Positions 1 through 12,689 of a stretch of 64,000 nucleotides of DNA are shown here, piece after piece. The notes under the pieces are model-generated. The model was not told the origin of the DNA. It was given only the letters and a program-made list of their open reading frames with translations, and made no database searches. A program made the translations under genes and the position numbers. The stretch is from Dipteris shenzhenensis (taxonomy: Eukaryota): the NCBI GenBank assembly GCA_047967505.1, contig CM106538.1. One strand, 5' to 3'. The number at the start of each line of letters is the position of its first letter. The stretch's first letter is position 1.

Positions 1-820
1 GAACTGATAGGTAGGGGTTTTTGGGCGTCCGGAACGCAATGGGACAGACGGTTTTGGAAATCGTGGTCTCAATCACTGGGTCCAACACACGGACTGAAAA
101 ACGTTTTTGGAAACAGAGCTATCTGTAAACTCCACCGGAGTGCGAATGATGAGCAACATAGAAGTTTTAGGACCTCCTGAGTCCACCGGAACTGATAGAT
201 CTGCAAATGGTTGCTCCAAACTTGAGTTCCAACACCCGGGCAAAAAACGCAGGAACTGATACAGTGACTCAGAAATCCAATGAAATGATCCCAGATTCAG
301 GAATGAAGGTGTTTCCAGGCTCCTGAAGTAATGTGGACACCAAAAGCAAGCAATAGTTGCCTCTACAAGTCAATACGGAGTCTCTGTCATCGAACGGAAC
401 AGGGAAAAGCTCAAAAAACGACTTTTTCTTTGAAAGCTCTTAACAGGATCTCAAAACCACTTCGCAAAGCCAAAGTGACTTTTCCAAATGTTCCTCCAAG
501 GTCTCTGCACACTCGGATGCAAGTAAAGTCACCCACAAAGCTTCCCACAGAGCTTCTCCTTCCTCCCACAGAGCTGCTGAGCTTCAAGCATTCACGGACG
601 CTCAGCTAGATCACCCGGGCTCTGATACCAGTTGAGAGTGCTCTCAACGGAAGCAAGAACGGAAGAAGGAGAGAGAGAGACAGAGAGCCACACAAGTTTG
701 GTGGGTGCAGAACCACCCTAATCTTCTTTTTCATTCATTTATATATGTGTTTGAGTATTGTACATAACTGGGGTTAAGGCACAGTGACCTTTAACCCCCA
801 CAACCCTTACAACCTTTACA
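1..820 (-). mobile_element. 5' end of an LTR retrotransposon (5' LTR 633-820, PBS, leader running off the left edge)
   Basis: GCTCTGATACCA at 619-630 is the reverse complement of the tRNA-iMet PBS TGGTATCAGAGC. It lies 2 nt from an LTR that reads TGTAAAGG...CACTCTCA on minus and contains TATATAAA. The outer LTR boundary at 820 is inferred from TG..CA only. Confidence 0.75.
619..630 (-). promoter_or_regulatory. Primer binding site (tRNA-iMet)
   Basis: Exact TGGTATCAGAGC on the minus strand. Confidence 0.9.
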
Positions 821-829
821 AATCAGTGA

Positions 830-1500
830 GGGAGTTGCAAGGAGCCATGAAGGAGGGGAGAGATGGGAGGAGAGAGAAATGTACCTTAGAGCAAGAAAGT
901 CCAAAAAAGCCAAGGAAAGGGTTCAAGAAATATGGAGTGGTAGGATCGAGGACTTGGTAGTGGGTATGATGGTTGCTGTGTTAGCAACAGATGATCCTAG
1001 TGGATTTCCTTTTTGGAGCTAAAGTTGTGAAAGTTGAAAAGGAAGGTTCAAACACCAAGTTAATAGAGGTGCATTGGTTTTTCACCAAGTCCATGGATGC
1101 TTTCATGGGTTGATATAACCCATAGATGGTGGTAACAAGGAAGTGTGGCCAAAAAGAAAAGAGGGCGACAAGGAATTGTCCAAGAATTGATACTCTACAA
1201 TTGGATGAGGTAGATATTTTGGTATATGCAGTTTAATTAACACAAGTCCGGCATTTGCCAAAGGAGACACAATACATAATATCCCAAAAAGTTCCAAAGA
1301 CATTAATCGGATGCAATGAACAAATGAAAGGCAAGACACGCCATGCAAAAAATAGGGTGGCAGCTAAACTTGCCCAGGTTGTTTGACTTGGAGAATGTTC
1401 TAGTGGGGGATAGCCTAGAGGAGGAAGGATCTTCAACTTCTACTGCACAAAGCTTAGGCTCTAGTGCATTTGAAGGTGTAGGATCAGAGGATGAGTACTG
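830..1500 (+). pseudogene. C-terminal fragment of a DUF7869/Sola-like transposase, interrupted by the LTR element
   Basis: Translates with frameshifts to VAVLATDDPSGFPFW-AKVVKVEK...IEVHWF...EVDILVY, which aligns with MIATLA*EDPLGHPF*IAKVVEIQK...IVVQWF...EVDILVYD at 27530-27830. Confidence 0.65.
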
Positions 1501-1841
1501 CTCTTTGTAGGATTGATGGCATGTATATTTTTGCAACAATGTGATTTGTACCTTTTTAGGATTTTGAAATGTGTTATGACATGGTCCTTTTATGTGCATT
1601 GGATGTATACGCCCTTATTATATTGGTTTTAAAAAATTAATGTATTTTTTGAAATTTTGGTATTCCAAGTGTAGGTGTTTGTGCCTGTTTTCCAAAAAAA
1701 CTTTGTCGGCAAAATTTCATAAAAGCATGGTTTTTATGTATTTTTCCAAAAATCATCGCGCAAAAAGGCCATCGTTTTTCAGATAAACATAAAATTCACA
1801 TGAAAAAGAGGGAATCTTTCAAACATTTTCCTAGAGTTCAG

Positions 1842-1971
1842 GTTATACTGTTTGTAATGTGGTGCTATTTCACATGCAACAGGATGGAAGGGTGCACAGT
1901 TCTTGAATTAGATGTTATACTGTTTGTAATGTGGTGCTATTTCACATACAACAGGATGGAAGGGTGCACAG
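1842..1971. repeat. Direct duplication of about 58 bp (period 72)
   Basis: GTTATACTGTTTGTAATGTGGTGCTATTTCACAT(G/A)CAACAGGATGGAAGGGTGCACAG at 1842 and 1914. Confidence 0.9.
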
Positions 1972-2009
1972 GGAATGAGATTTGTCCACAGTGGTCTAGA
2001 ACTTGCGGA

Positions 2010-2848
2010 TCTCTTTAAGTGCCTTCATGCCTAATTTCTTGCACCTCTTAATTTTTGGGGGACCCTGCACCCAGCCTATGGACATGGCTCCATGGCCGCT
2101 TGTCCACTTTGAACTTCTTTCACCTCTCCTCCCTTGCAACCTCCCCTTCAGACTCCTCTTCTTGTGTCTGGTGGGTCTGTCATGCCGAGGTGGCCTCTCT
2201 CGCCTAGGGGTCTTCTTTGTCCTTGTTCACTTTCCCTTTTGGTGAGGTTGTGAGTTGGGGGCTGATGCTCTTGCTTAGCTCGTACTAGAGGCTCCTCATA
2301 TGTGAAAATCTTGAGGCACAAAGGGTTGATGGTTCTCTTTCGTGTGGTCTACTTGGTTGGAGGATTGGGGCCAAGGTTCATGATCTACATTGTGGCCCCT
2401 TTAATCTCTCCATCTCCTCGCTTTGACTTTCTTGCTCCCCTTGTTAGTCTAGATGCTCCATGCTAGGACCCCAAGGAGGAGGGAGGGGTAATTGATCACG
2501 ATTGATTGGACTATTTTGTCCCTCTTGGGAGAACTTTCTACTTCCATAGTTAGTTGTGTGGAAGGACTGAGAGGACCCCTAATCATGCTCGGATCCCTCA
2601 TTGTGCCAAGATCCCTCATTGTGATGATGAGATCCCTGGGATCCCCTATGAGAGTTGGATGGTTGGGACTCATGTTGCTGGGAGTCTTGATGAAGAGAAC
2701 TACATTCAGATGCCCGCTGATCATTGCCCAGTTGGCCATTGGGGCTCGTAGTGTGTTCAGAGTCCATGTAGTTGTGAGGAGGAGAGTGGGTAGCATCTAA
2801 ATGGCGGCATCTAGTGGGTCTAGCAGCAGGTTGTTTAACTTGTGCCAT
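2010..2848 (-). pseudogene. Low-complexity accessory ORF remnant, probably transposon cargo
   Basis: ATG at 2848 just downstream of an AAACCCTAA/TATA-like AT-rich segment; short internal repeats (HNEGS); broken by stops; no recognisable domain. Confidence 0.3.
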
Positions 2849-3329
2849 AGAAATGAGAAATTTTAGGGTTTTGAAGTGCTTTATATAGTCTTATTAAAAG
2901 CACTTTAGGGTTTTTATTTAATGGCCTTTTTAAATTAATGTTTTTTTAGTGCACTCACCCCCCCTCCCCCCGTCGGTCGTTCGTCGCTAGTTCGATAATG
3001 CTAGATCTTCACCACCCTCCCTCCCAACCCACCCACCCCTCCACCCTGCCATGTCACACATGCACATGCACATGCAACTCTGCAATTTCCAAACAAATTT
3101 GTGATTTTTGGAATATGTAATTGACTCAAAATAGTGTTACCTTTATCCATCAAACATTTTACATTTGGGGTTCTCTTATGACCCAACGCCTCCCCTATCT
3201 GACTCTATGTTGCAACCAAAGTGCAACCCCTTGACTCCTTGTTGAGGACTTCCCAGCAGCACATCTCCTTGTCTTCTTGACATGTTGAACCACTTTTGTG
3301 AGACTTGAGACCTCTACCTTGTTGCATTT

Positions 3330-5366
3330 GAGAGTCCTGGCCTATAGACATCTATAAAACATGTCGAACATTTCATGTAGTGCATTGCTTTGCGCAATAC
3401 CACCCCCATGCCTTGTATTCTTGAAGTAGTCTTCCTTTGCTCTATAGTGCGATTTCTCCATTCCTTGAGTATTCCAAATGGATAGAGGGCCCCATGGCTC
3501 CACAAACCACGGTGGATGTGCATAAAGAATATGCTAAACATAAAATAACTCAAGTTTAAATCTCAAAATTTCAACCTAAGGAGATTACTATGTAATGTGT
3601 AATATGTGACTCCCCCCATGCTTCTACCATCAATGATATGAAATCTCCCAATGCTATCTTGAATCTATCATAATAAAGCTCATCTATTTGACCTTGTCTA
3701 AGCAACTTTATAAATGCATCAAGCTTTTGTCCACAATTTTGCTCTCAAACTAGCAATTTGCAGAGTTCTCTCCAAAACCCACTTCAATGACTCGTGGCAC
3801 TCCTTTGGGGTCTCAAAGGCTACAAGCCACCATATGTCCTTTTCAGATTGGTGGACTCAGAACACCTACTCAACTTCCTCATCTCCTTGAGCAAAATCCA
3901 AGGCGTCATTCCTAATAAAAATGCTCACCCTCTCTAGCTTGTGCTCTTTTACCAGTTGAGCTTCATCCATTTTTATAACAAATACTAGCTTGCCATCTAT
4001 ACAATGAAAGAGAAATACAGTAAGGATATAGAAATGAGAAGAAGTAAAGTTGAATGCGAAGAGGGAATTTCTTTTACCTTCTTCTCCCATCCCATAGAGT
4101 TTGACCATGGCTCTCTGCAAATTCTCTACATCCATGTAAACATTATTGAAAGCATTCATCTCAAACGTTTGGATGGAAGATTTCTTTTCTTTTCCAAGTC
4201 ATTGTGCCACTTACACAATAGTATTCTCCAAGCTTTTCTTTAGCACATTGGTTTTTTTTTTGACTTGCAAGCCTTACAGACTAGGGTGTTGGCAATGGCA
4301 TTATAGATATCTTATACTTTTCCTCCATAGCAGACTTGAAAAGTTTAAAAACATAGTTGTAAGCTTCACAACTTACACCAGTAGCATCACAAGCTCCAGG
4401 TACCTCCTTTGCTTGCATATGAGGCCCTTGAAGTCCTTCATTACCTTTCTAGCAACTAGTTCACCTAACCCTATTTAGGGTCCTTCAACACTTCAATGAC
4501 ATCACTTGGCTTTATTAAACTTCTTAGAACATATGAAGGATCACTATCATCCATTTCCATTGTTCCCATCACATCCTCCATGAGATTCTTAAAGTAGAAT
4601 ACAAATGAGTCTGTGGAAACAATGCAACACCATGAATATTTTGGAGTAAGAAATTTCATTGAAAAATTGGGGAACTAACCTTGCAGCTTGAACTCTCCTC
4701 TTTTGGGAACCACTATTGGTTGACAATGCATCCATAGATTGCAGTTGCCTTTTCCTCTCCTTCAGTCCCAAAGGTGTTCCCTTCAACTTTTGTACTCGTT
4801 CTATCGACTTCCCTCGTTCCTTCTCCACATCACATTGAACTTGGCCATACATAGACATTTCCAAATCTTGTTTGCTTTTAGCGAGCTTATGGATTGATTC
4901 TTCCAATTCTTGTCACTCCAAGTCCAGTGCACGTGCTTTGTCACTGAGTTCCTTGTTTTGCAATTGGACATCATGCAAACTATTATGCATTGCCACAATA
5001 AGCAATATTTCTCAAATGTGCAAGTTCTTCTACTTGGGCTCTCTGCACCTAGCTTGCTTGCATAGCCAATGTTTGAGAATGGTTCAATCGATTGCAATAA
5101 CCAAGCAATCCAACATGTCTATTGCCAACAAACTGAGCAACATCATGCAATATATGAAAAGGAGGACTCTTTTGGGTGGCGGGGTCTAGAGGATACAAGA
5201 TTCGATCCACCCAAAGATCAAGATGCTTCTTCCCTTGCAATTGAAGAATGTGGAGCACACTTTGAGGAGTTCTACAAAATCCCAAATGGCATGTGCTTGC
5301 GTATTCAGCCTCCAGTTGTTGTAAGTTCACATGGTACTTGTTGGATATGTCCTTGAATGGTGCCAT
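3330..5366 (-). pseudogene. Spliced RAG1/Transib-like (CMC group) DDE transposase pseudogene
   Basis: Minus strand gives AWGESHITHYI|HILYAHPPWFVEPWGPLSIWNTQGMEKSHYRAKEDYFKNTRHGGG across a GT-AG intron (3534-3588). This resembles RAG1 [42 protein letters not shown]. A candidate first catalytic D lies in LVFVIKMDE (about 3965). Multiple stops; the middle part appears to be missing. Confidence 0.6.
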
Positions 5367-5419
5367 GAGTACTCAAGGAGAGGTATCAGTGATGTAGGCT
5401 GAAATGTAGGGAAGAGATG

Positions 5420-5850
5420 GCAAAGATGGAGCAGAGAGAGAGAGAGAGTAGCAAGGAAGAGGGGGGACGAGAAGTAGGTTAGGGCAAGAGGAAGAGGAGG
5501 AGGAGAGTAGGACGGCTGGTGTAGAAGGGATGGAAGGAGCTACTGCAGAAGGGAGGAGGAGGGGAGAGTTGCTACAAGAGGGAGGAGGAGGGGAGAGATA
5601 CTACAGGAGGGAGGAGGAGAGGAGAGGGAGTAGGGCAACTAGAGAGGGAGGGGAGAGGACGGAGGGAGGAGGAGGATCATAAAGGAGTAGGAGGAGGGGA
5701 GAGGGAGGAGGGAGGAGTGGGAGCAAGACGGAGGAGGGGAGAGGAGGAAGGGGGGAGAGGGAGAGGGAGAGGGAGAGGGAGAGGGAGGAGGAGGGAGGGA
5801 GGTGGAGAGAGAGGAGGGAGGGGGAGGGAGAGAGAGAGAGAGGGAGGTAG
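5420..5850. repeat. GA/GGA-rich low-complexity tract
   Basis: (GA)n, (GGAGAG)n and GGAGGA runs. Confidence 0.9.
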
Positions 5851-5884
5851 GGAGATTTGAAAATTGAAATTCAAATTTAAAAAA

Positions 5885-6041
5885 TTGGCCCCCTCCCATC
5901 ATTGATGGGGGGATAGGTGGGCTTAATTGTGGGCTTAACCTACCTAGGTTGGGTTGGTTACAAGCCCCTTGCTTTAGCCCATTAAGAATTCCTAATCCAT
6001 TCCTTATGAGGCCCTTTTGAGACCTCGATTCTCCCTAAATG
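5885..6041 (-). mobile_element. Putative DNA-transposon terminus, copy 1
   Basis: GAGGCCCTTTTGAGACCTCGATTCTCCCTAAATG ends at 6041 and is similar to 22626-22659 and, more weakly, 32411-32440; similarity stops abruptly after it. Confidence 0.5.
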
Positions 6042-6249
6042 TTAAATTAAACTAGATGAGGTCTCATGGTGATCGTTTGATGGTTAAGAAATGGTAGAAG
6101 GAACAACGTACTCCTCAGGGGTTCGGGGGTAGCGTCCCTGATCATGGGGGTCTAGGGGCAATGCCCCTAGTGGGGGTTCAGGGGCAGCACCTAATCAAGT
6201 TGACTCTCATGTACATATGGCAGTCTCTACAAAGTGTGACTAATATAGT

Positions 6250-6890
6250 CCGAAGCTGTAATGTGATTCTACTAGAAAAAAATATGATGCAACACATGAG
6301 AGGCAAATAGGAAGAAATTATGCATCTTCACCACAGGTAGTGCTTATTTATGTGATCATGGTGATCCTACAAGGACTCCAATAGACCACCATGTTGTACT
6401 TCAATGGTATTTTGATATGTTTCTTTTGGCCAATGGATGAAGGTAGACTCACCTACTACTTTCGTAGGTTTTTGATAAGGGTCAGGGCCATGATGCAGAA
6501 GATGTTGCTAAGATGATCTTTTTGAGAAACTTGTTACCAGTAGCAAAATATTTACCACATCATACACACATGGTGATTGGAGTAGTGAGGTTTCACTTTG
6601 AGGGCTAGATGCACTTAGACTTGCATCCTAGCAACATCTTGCTAGACATCATAGAAAAGTTTGTGCATTGAATAGCCATATGTAGGGGATCGACATGGAG
6701 TTCTCAGAGATATGAAAGAGTTACAGAAAACAAAGAAGCACTCTTTAGAAATGGATGAAGGCTTTGTTAAATGAGTTCATAGGAAGGAGCAAGAATAGAT
6801 GAGAAATAAGTGACTTGCACATGAGCCACGATGGCATTCAACATTGAAGGAAATCTATATGTCTCGAATGGAAGTATACATGATAGGTGG
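6250..6890 (+). pseudogene. Degenerate protein-kinase-like fragment
   Basis: HLDLHPSNILLD starting at 6612 resembles a kinase catalytic loop (HxDLxxxNIL); the surrounding frame is broken. Confidence 0.35.
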
Positions 6891-6901
6891 ACCTAACAAA
6901 A

Positions 6902-8160
6902 TATGAAGAGGGGAGAGGAGAAGAGTGGAGATGAGAAGAGAGGGCACAACTAGAGAGCACACCACAAATGACTAACTGTACACTAGATTTAGTTGAAAAT
7001 GTAGAATATATACAAACCCCTTTAGGATTAGGGTTAGGGCATCTAACCCTTTCCTTTATAGCACTCTATTGGGTTAGTGATATGCACATATGATCACATA
7101 TTGGTGCTATGCACATATGATCACATGATGTTGAGCATGATCTCTCAACACCTTCCATCAAGATCAACATCATAAAGTAGGTCTTCCCTCAAGATGATGA
7201 TTCTGGGGAATTGAGAAGGACTGAGCATTACATTGCATCACACCCCTTTAATGGGAATTCCCTTCCTTTGCATCAAACCAAGAGCTTGTCGGTGTTTCTC
7301 GAAAAGCTCTTTATGAAGTGGTTTGGTAAAGATGTTTGCAACATTCTCTTTGCTATCACAATGCTGCAGTTTGATGTCACCAAGTAACACTCTTCCTCTG
7401 TTGAAATGCTCCATGAAATCTATGTGCTTTGTCTTGGAGTGATTTCTTGGAGTGATATACTGGATTCTTGGCCAATGCTTGAGATTGGGTGTTATAGTAT
7501 ATTGTTGTTGGCTTTGATTTGTCAAAGTAATCTATTTTTGACATTAGTCTTCTGAGCCATATAGCCTTACATGCACCTGTAGTGAGTGCTCTATATTCTG
7601 CTTCAATTGAAGACAAAGAAACAATTGGCTATTTGTTGGACAACCATGATATAGCACCTTGACCAAGGAAAAATGCATATCCCTCTATGGATCTCTTGGT
7701 CTCATGATCTCCAACATAGCCACTGTCACAATATCCATGAAACTGTGGGTGGCTTCCTTTGTATTCTATCCCAAATTGTCTTGTACCTCTGATGTATCTC
7801 AAGACTCTTTTGGCTACATTCTAGTGAGATTGTTTTGGATTTGCCATAAACTATGCAAGTGAACTTACTCCATAACAAATATCTAGCCATGTGATAGTCA
7901 GATATATAAAGAGATCCGATGAGCTACCTGTAGTACCTGTCGTTGACTGTAGGCTTTTCTGAATCTTTGGTAAGTTTCAATCTCTAATCCATGGGAGTGG
8001 TTGCAATCTTGCAATTTACCATATGAAACTTCTTCAGGAGACTGTCAACATATATGAGCTGACTCATAAAGGTCCTATCTGAATCTCTCCAAAACTCAAT
8101 TCCAAGACAATTGTGCATAAGTCCAAAATCTTTCATGTCGATCTCTATAGATAAGTCTTG
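6902..8160 (-). mobile_element. Ty1/Copia fragment: 3' LTR (about 6902-7150) plus RNase H and RT remnants
   Basis: SSIEAEY, LAKNPVYH, TKHID, ANIFTKPL and MKDFGLMHNCLGIE motifs; LTR-like segment ending TCTCAACA. Confidence 0.8.
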
Positions 8161-8825
8161 TTGGTTAGGTGTATTTGACCTTGGGTCAACCAAGGGATAG
8201 GGTTGGTTACATAACCTAGGATCAGGTTAACCCAGTCAGGCTAACCCTAGTGAAGTATGGTTAAACTTGTGACATGTGGCACCCTTATCTTCACTGCCAT
8301 GTCACCATTGATACCTGAGCAGTCAAAGTCAAAGTGCCATGTCACCTTTGACTAGTCAACAATCATGTGGCACACACAGTGCTAGCTAGGCACACTTACC
8401 TCTCCACATGCACTTCATGTGCACCTGATACCACATCACCATAGTACTCCACTGGCACACCTCTTGCTAAGCACAGTGCCACATCATCACTGCATATTTT
8501 CACTCTTTTTTGACCCTCCACCTAGATTTGCCCCTCCACATAGATCAAGCCGTATCTCGATCCAGGAGGGATTTGAGGGTGCTACAAAAAGGTGAAATGA
8601 TTAATTTTTTGTGCTCTACGCGCTTGTTACATCATGCGGACATTTTGGCACAAGTATCACTCAATTTTGAGGCTCGCCAACAAATCCATTTCCTACAGGC
8701 ACATCAGCCTCTACATCAACGCATCTCAACCAGTTCATAAAGGAAAATAAATTATTTGCTGTTCTTCATCGATCGATCGTTAGTATAGATTTATATTAGA
8801 GTAGACTAGATTGCCATAGAGGGGA

Positions 8826-9179
8826 TGTGAAGAGAGTGGGAGAGAAGGAAGGAGTCTCACTAGTAGCTTTATCACATACACAATGAGGGAATAAACACAA
8901 AGGTGGGGGCTGAAAAATAGTTTTCCTCTTCTTAGTTGTGAAAGCCAAAAGAACTCTAAGTACAAAAGAATAGGTGAACCCTATATGTGGGTCTCAAACC
9001 AAACCTAGCTAACTAAGGTGGCATACTAATTGAGCCACTAACTAGAGTACATAAAGATAGCTATCATCTAGCTATTATTCATGGGCAGTGTACCAACCGC
9101 ATTTGCAGCTAACAAATATGTGACATAAATGCACAACGGTTACCCTGGCATATCACAAGTGGAGCTCAATATATCAACA
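8826..9179 (-). repeat. LTR copy A (about 354 bp)
   Basis: TGTGAAGAGAG...TCAACA; highly similar to 13359-13712 and 16852-17209. Confidence 0.9.
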
Positions 9180-12100
9180 CTCCCCCTCGAGCTCAATCCC
9201 AGGTCTCTGAACTTGCGTAGCTTCTCTATACCCAATGCCTTCATGATTATGTCAGCAACTTGATCCTCTATGCTGACATAAACTAGATCAATAAAACCTA
9301 CTAGAACCTTCTTCTGCACATAGTGATAATGCACCTCAATGTGCTTTGTTCTAGCATGATAGACTGGGTTATTTGCTAAGTGTATACTGCTCATCTTGTC
9401 ACAATAAATGACAAGTGGCCCATCTGTAGACTGATGCATATCATAAAGTAGCTTATGCAACCAAGTTGCCTCACATACAACCATTGCTACACCCCTGTAC
9501 TTAGCCTTTGTGCTCGACAAGACAACTTTAGCTATTTCTTGCTGCTCCAAGTGACTGCAGCACTCCCAAAAGAGAACACATATCCACTAGTAGATTGTCT
9601 ATCAGAAATACTACCAGCCCAATCAGCATCAGTGTATCCTACATCCAAATGCGGTTTCCTTGAAGCCTGCATAAAATGACTTACCAAACCAATATCATAG
9701 CTCAAATCTAGCCTGGTAATAGTCATATAAATCAAACTTCCTACTATGCATCTGTACATAGTAGGGTCTTCCAGAAGCTCACCTGCATCTGTGCTCGGCT
9801 TCACATTCTGCTCTAAAGGAACTGAAATAGGCTTACAGCCTATCATCCCATATTTGGATAGAATGTCCAATCCATATTGCCTCTGCAAGAGCGATATCCC
9901 ACTTGTGGATCTAATCACATCAATGCCCAAGAAGTAACACAGCTCTCCCAAATCCTTCATCTCAAACTTCTGCCTCAATAGCACTTTCACATGAAGGATA
10001 TCTTCATCACTGTCACCTGTGATGATCAAATCATCAACATAAATGACAAGTAGCATAATACCTGTCTCTGTTTTTCTCACATAAGATGAAAAATCTGCCT
10101 TGGAAATCTGAAAGCCAATAGTGACACTTTATTGTCCTATCTTGTCAGACCATGCTCTGGGTGCTTGCTTCAAGCCATACAAGGCTTTCTTCAATCTGCA
10201 AACAAAACAGCATGAACATAATCTGGTGGCTGCTTCATATAGACCTCTTCCTGCAAATCACCATGCAAGAAAGCATTCTTTACATCCTTCTGATGTAAAG
10301 ACCATCCCTTTGATTTAGCCATAGCAATGACTACTCTTACGGTTGCCATCCTTGCAATTGGACTGAATGTTTCTCATAATCAATGCCATATGTCTATGCA
10401 TACCCCTTGATAACTAATCTTGCCTTGTATCTGTTCACAGAACCATCTGCATTGTGCTTTACCTTATAAACCCACTTGCAGCCAATTGCATTCTTGTCTT
10501 TAGGCAAAGGCACCAATTATCATGTAGCATTTCTTCCAAGGCATCCATTTCTTCATCCATGGCTTTCTCCCATTTTTCTTTTCCCATGGCTTGCTCAAAA
10601 GAAGTGGGTTCTGGTTCATGTATCACTTTGACCATATAGGCATAGTGAATGGCTATAAATCCATCATATTTCAGCCTATCCACAAAATACCTAGCTCTAG
10701 TAGACGTGTGCAAAATAGGCTCACTACTAGGTGCTCTCAAAACATCCCTTGTCTTCCTTACTCCAGGTGTAACAATGGAAAGAATACCCAATTCATCATC
10801 AACGCTATGCTCTGAGCCACTAGATTCACCATCCACATAAGAGTGACCTGCATTCACATCAACCATGGGCTGATCTACTTTCTCTTTTCCTTTTCGTAAT
10901 ACTTGCATACCACTATCTGCATTGCTTGGAGGAGATCCTCTTGATCTCAATCTACCTATCCATGGCGAAGTATGTGAACCACTTCTAGAAGACACTATAG
11001 GTCCACCAATATTTTGTGATTGCTGCTATGAATTCTGTGCAGCATTACCATTTTGTGCATCTACATCATCAATCACATTTACTGGTTTATACTAGCTGCT
11101 CATCTCATCAGAAACATCTCTGCTCACTATAAACTAAGGAAAACAAGGGTTATAGCATCTATACCCTTTCTGCTGCAAAGAATAACCAATAAAGATGCAC
11201 TTCTCAGCTTTTGGATCCAACTTGGATCTCAACTCATCTGGCACATGAACATAGGCAATGCAACCAAAAACTTTCAAATGAGAAATATCTGGTTTCCTAC
11301 CAGTATACCTCTCCTCTGGTGTCACGCCATGTATTGTTGCACTAGGAATCGTGTTCATTACATAGACTGTTGTGGCAACTACTTCAGCCCAATAATAATG
11401 TGACAGGTCTTTTTCATTGAGCATGGCATGAGATACCTCTCCAATATGCCTATTTTTCCTTTCTATAAGTCCATTTTGTTGTGGGGTATGACTGCATGAT
11501 TATTGCTGCTTTATGCCGTGCTCCTGCAGGAAACTTGCAAACTCATTTGAGAGGTACTCTGCCCCTCCATCTGACCTTAGGCATTTTATTTGTAGGCCTG
11601 TTTCTTTTTCAACCATAGCTTTAAAAGCTTTGAAATGCCCAACACTTCACTTTTCTTTTTCATAAAATACACCCAAACTTTTCTGCTATAGTCATTAATA
11701 AAAGTGACAAAATAATGACAGCCTCCAATAGATGTAGCTTTAGTATTCCACACATCAGAGTGAATCAATTCCAATGGCCTCTTACTCTCTTGAACATGTC
11801 TAGGAAATGGTTTCCTTGCCTATTTTCCAAATTGATAGGCTTCACATACCTTATGGATTTTTGCAGTTACCTTGAACTTAGGCAATCCTGTAACAATATT
11901 TTGGGCCTGCATTAATTTAAGTCGCTGTACATTAACATGACCAATGCATTTATGCCAGATATCAATATCGGCAACTACACCGGTCCCATGTGCAAACATT
12001 GCTACACTCAACTCAGGCATGTCCACATCCAACATAAACATCATGCCCTTCTTCTTCACTTTTGCTATCAAGCAACATTTATTTTTCATATTCTCAACAA

Positions 12101-12574
12101 AGCATCCATGAGGATTAAATCTGACCTGCAAGCCTTGCTCAACCATTTGACCAATAGAAACCATGTTCTTGGTGATATTCGGGACATGAAATACATCAGA
12201 CAGGTATTTCTTTTTTCCATCTTGCATAGATAAAGGAATTTTACCAATCTACACAATAGGATGTGTAGTATCATCACCAGTCTCCACAAATCCTGGTCTT
12301 TCCATTTTCTTTACATCTTGCATCCATTCTACATGACCTGTCATGTGGCTTGATGCACCTGAGTGAATATACCACACATCATTGCTTTGTTCTACACTTG
12401 TCATAGAATTTGTCATGTGCTACACCATAAACAGATGCTCATTTCTGTCATCACCCTATCTACTAGAGGATGCATAATTGCCTTGCTGCCATTTTCCAGT
12501 CATGATGTCATTTTGCTTTTTATAGCAGTCTCTAACCATATGACCCATTTTACCACCGTAGTAGCATTCAATAG
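8826..12574 (-). mobile_element. Ty1/Copia copy A: 3' LTR 8826-9179, PPT, then RH, RT, INT, PR and the gag zinc knuckle; 5'-truncated
   Basis: [41 protein letters not shown] and CYYGGKMGHMVRDC motifs; PPT AGGGGGAG at 9180-9187; many stops and frameshifts. Confidence 0.95.
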
Positions 12575-12661
12575 AATACTCAAACACATATATAAATGAA
12601 TGAAAAATCAGAATAGGGTGGTTCTACACCCACCAAAAACTTGCGTGGCTCTCTGTTTCTC
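12575..12661 (+). mobile_element. Internal piece of the LTR family seen at 633-820, in opposite orientation
   Basis: AATACTCAAACACATATATAAATGAATGAAAAA...GGGTGGTTCT...TGGCTCTCTGT is the reverse complement of about 677-759. Confidence 0.85.
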
Positions 12662-12689
12662 TAGAAGATTTCAGCTATCAACTGGACCA

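Noticed and set aside
5639-5902. Pro/Ser-rich extensin-like ORFs (also 21959-22291, 31989-32400 and 36491-36958)
   Set aside because: They arise from GA/CT low-complexity tracts that are open in several frames
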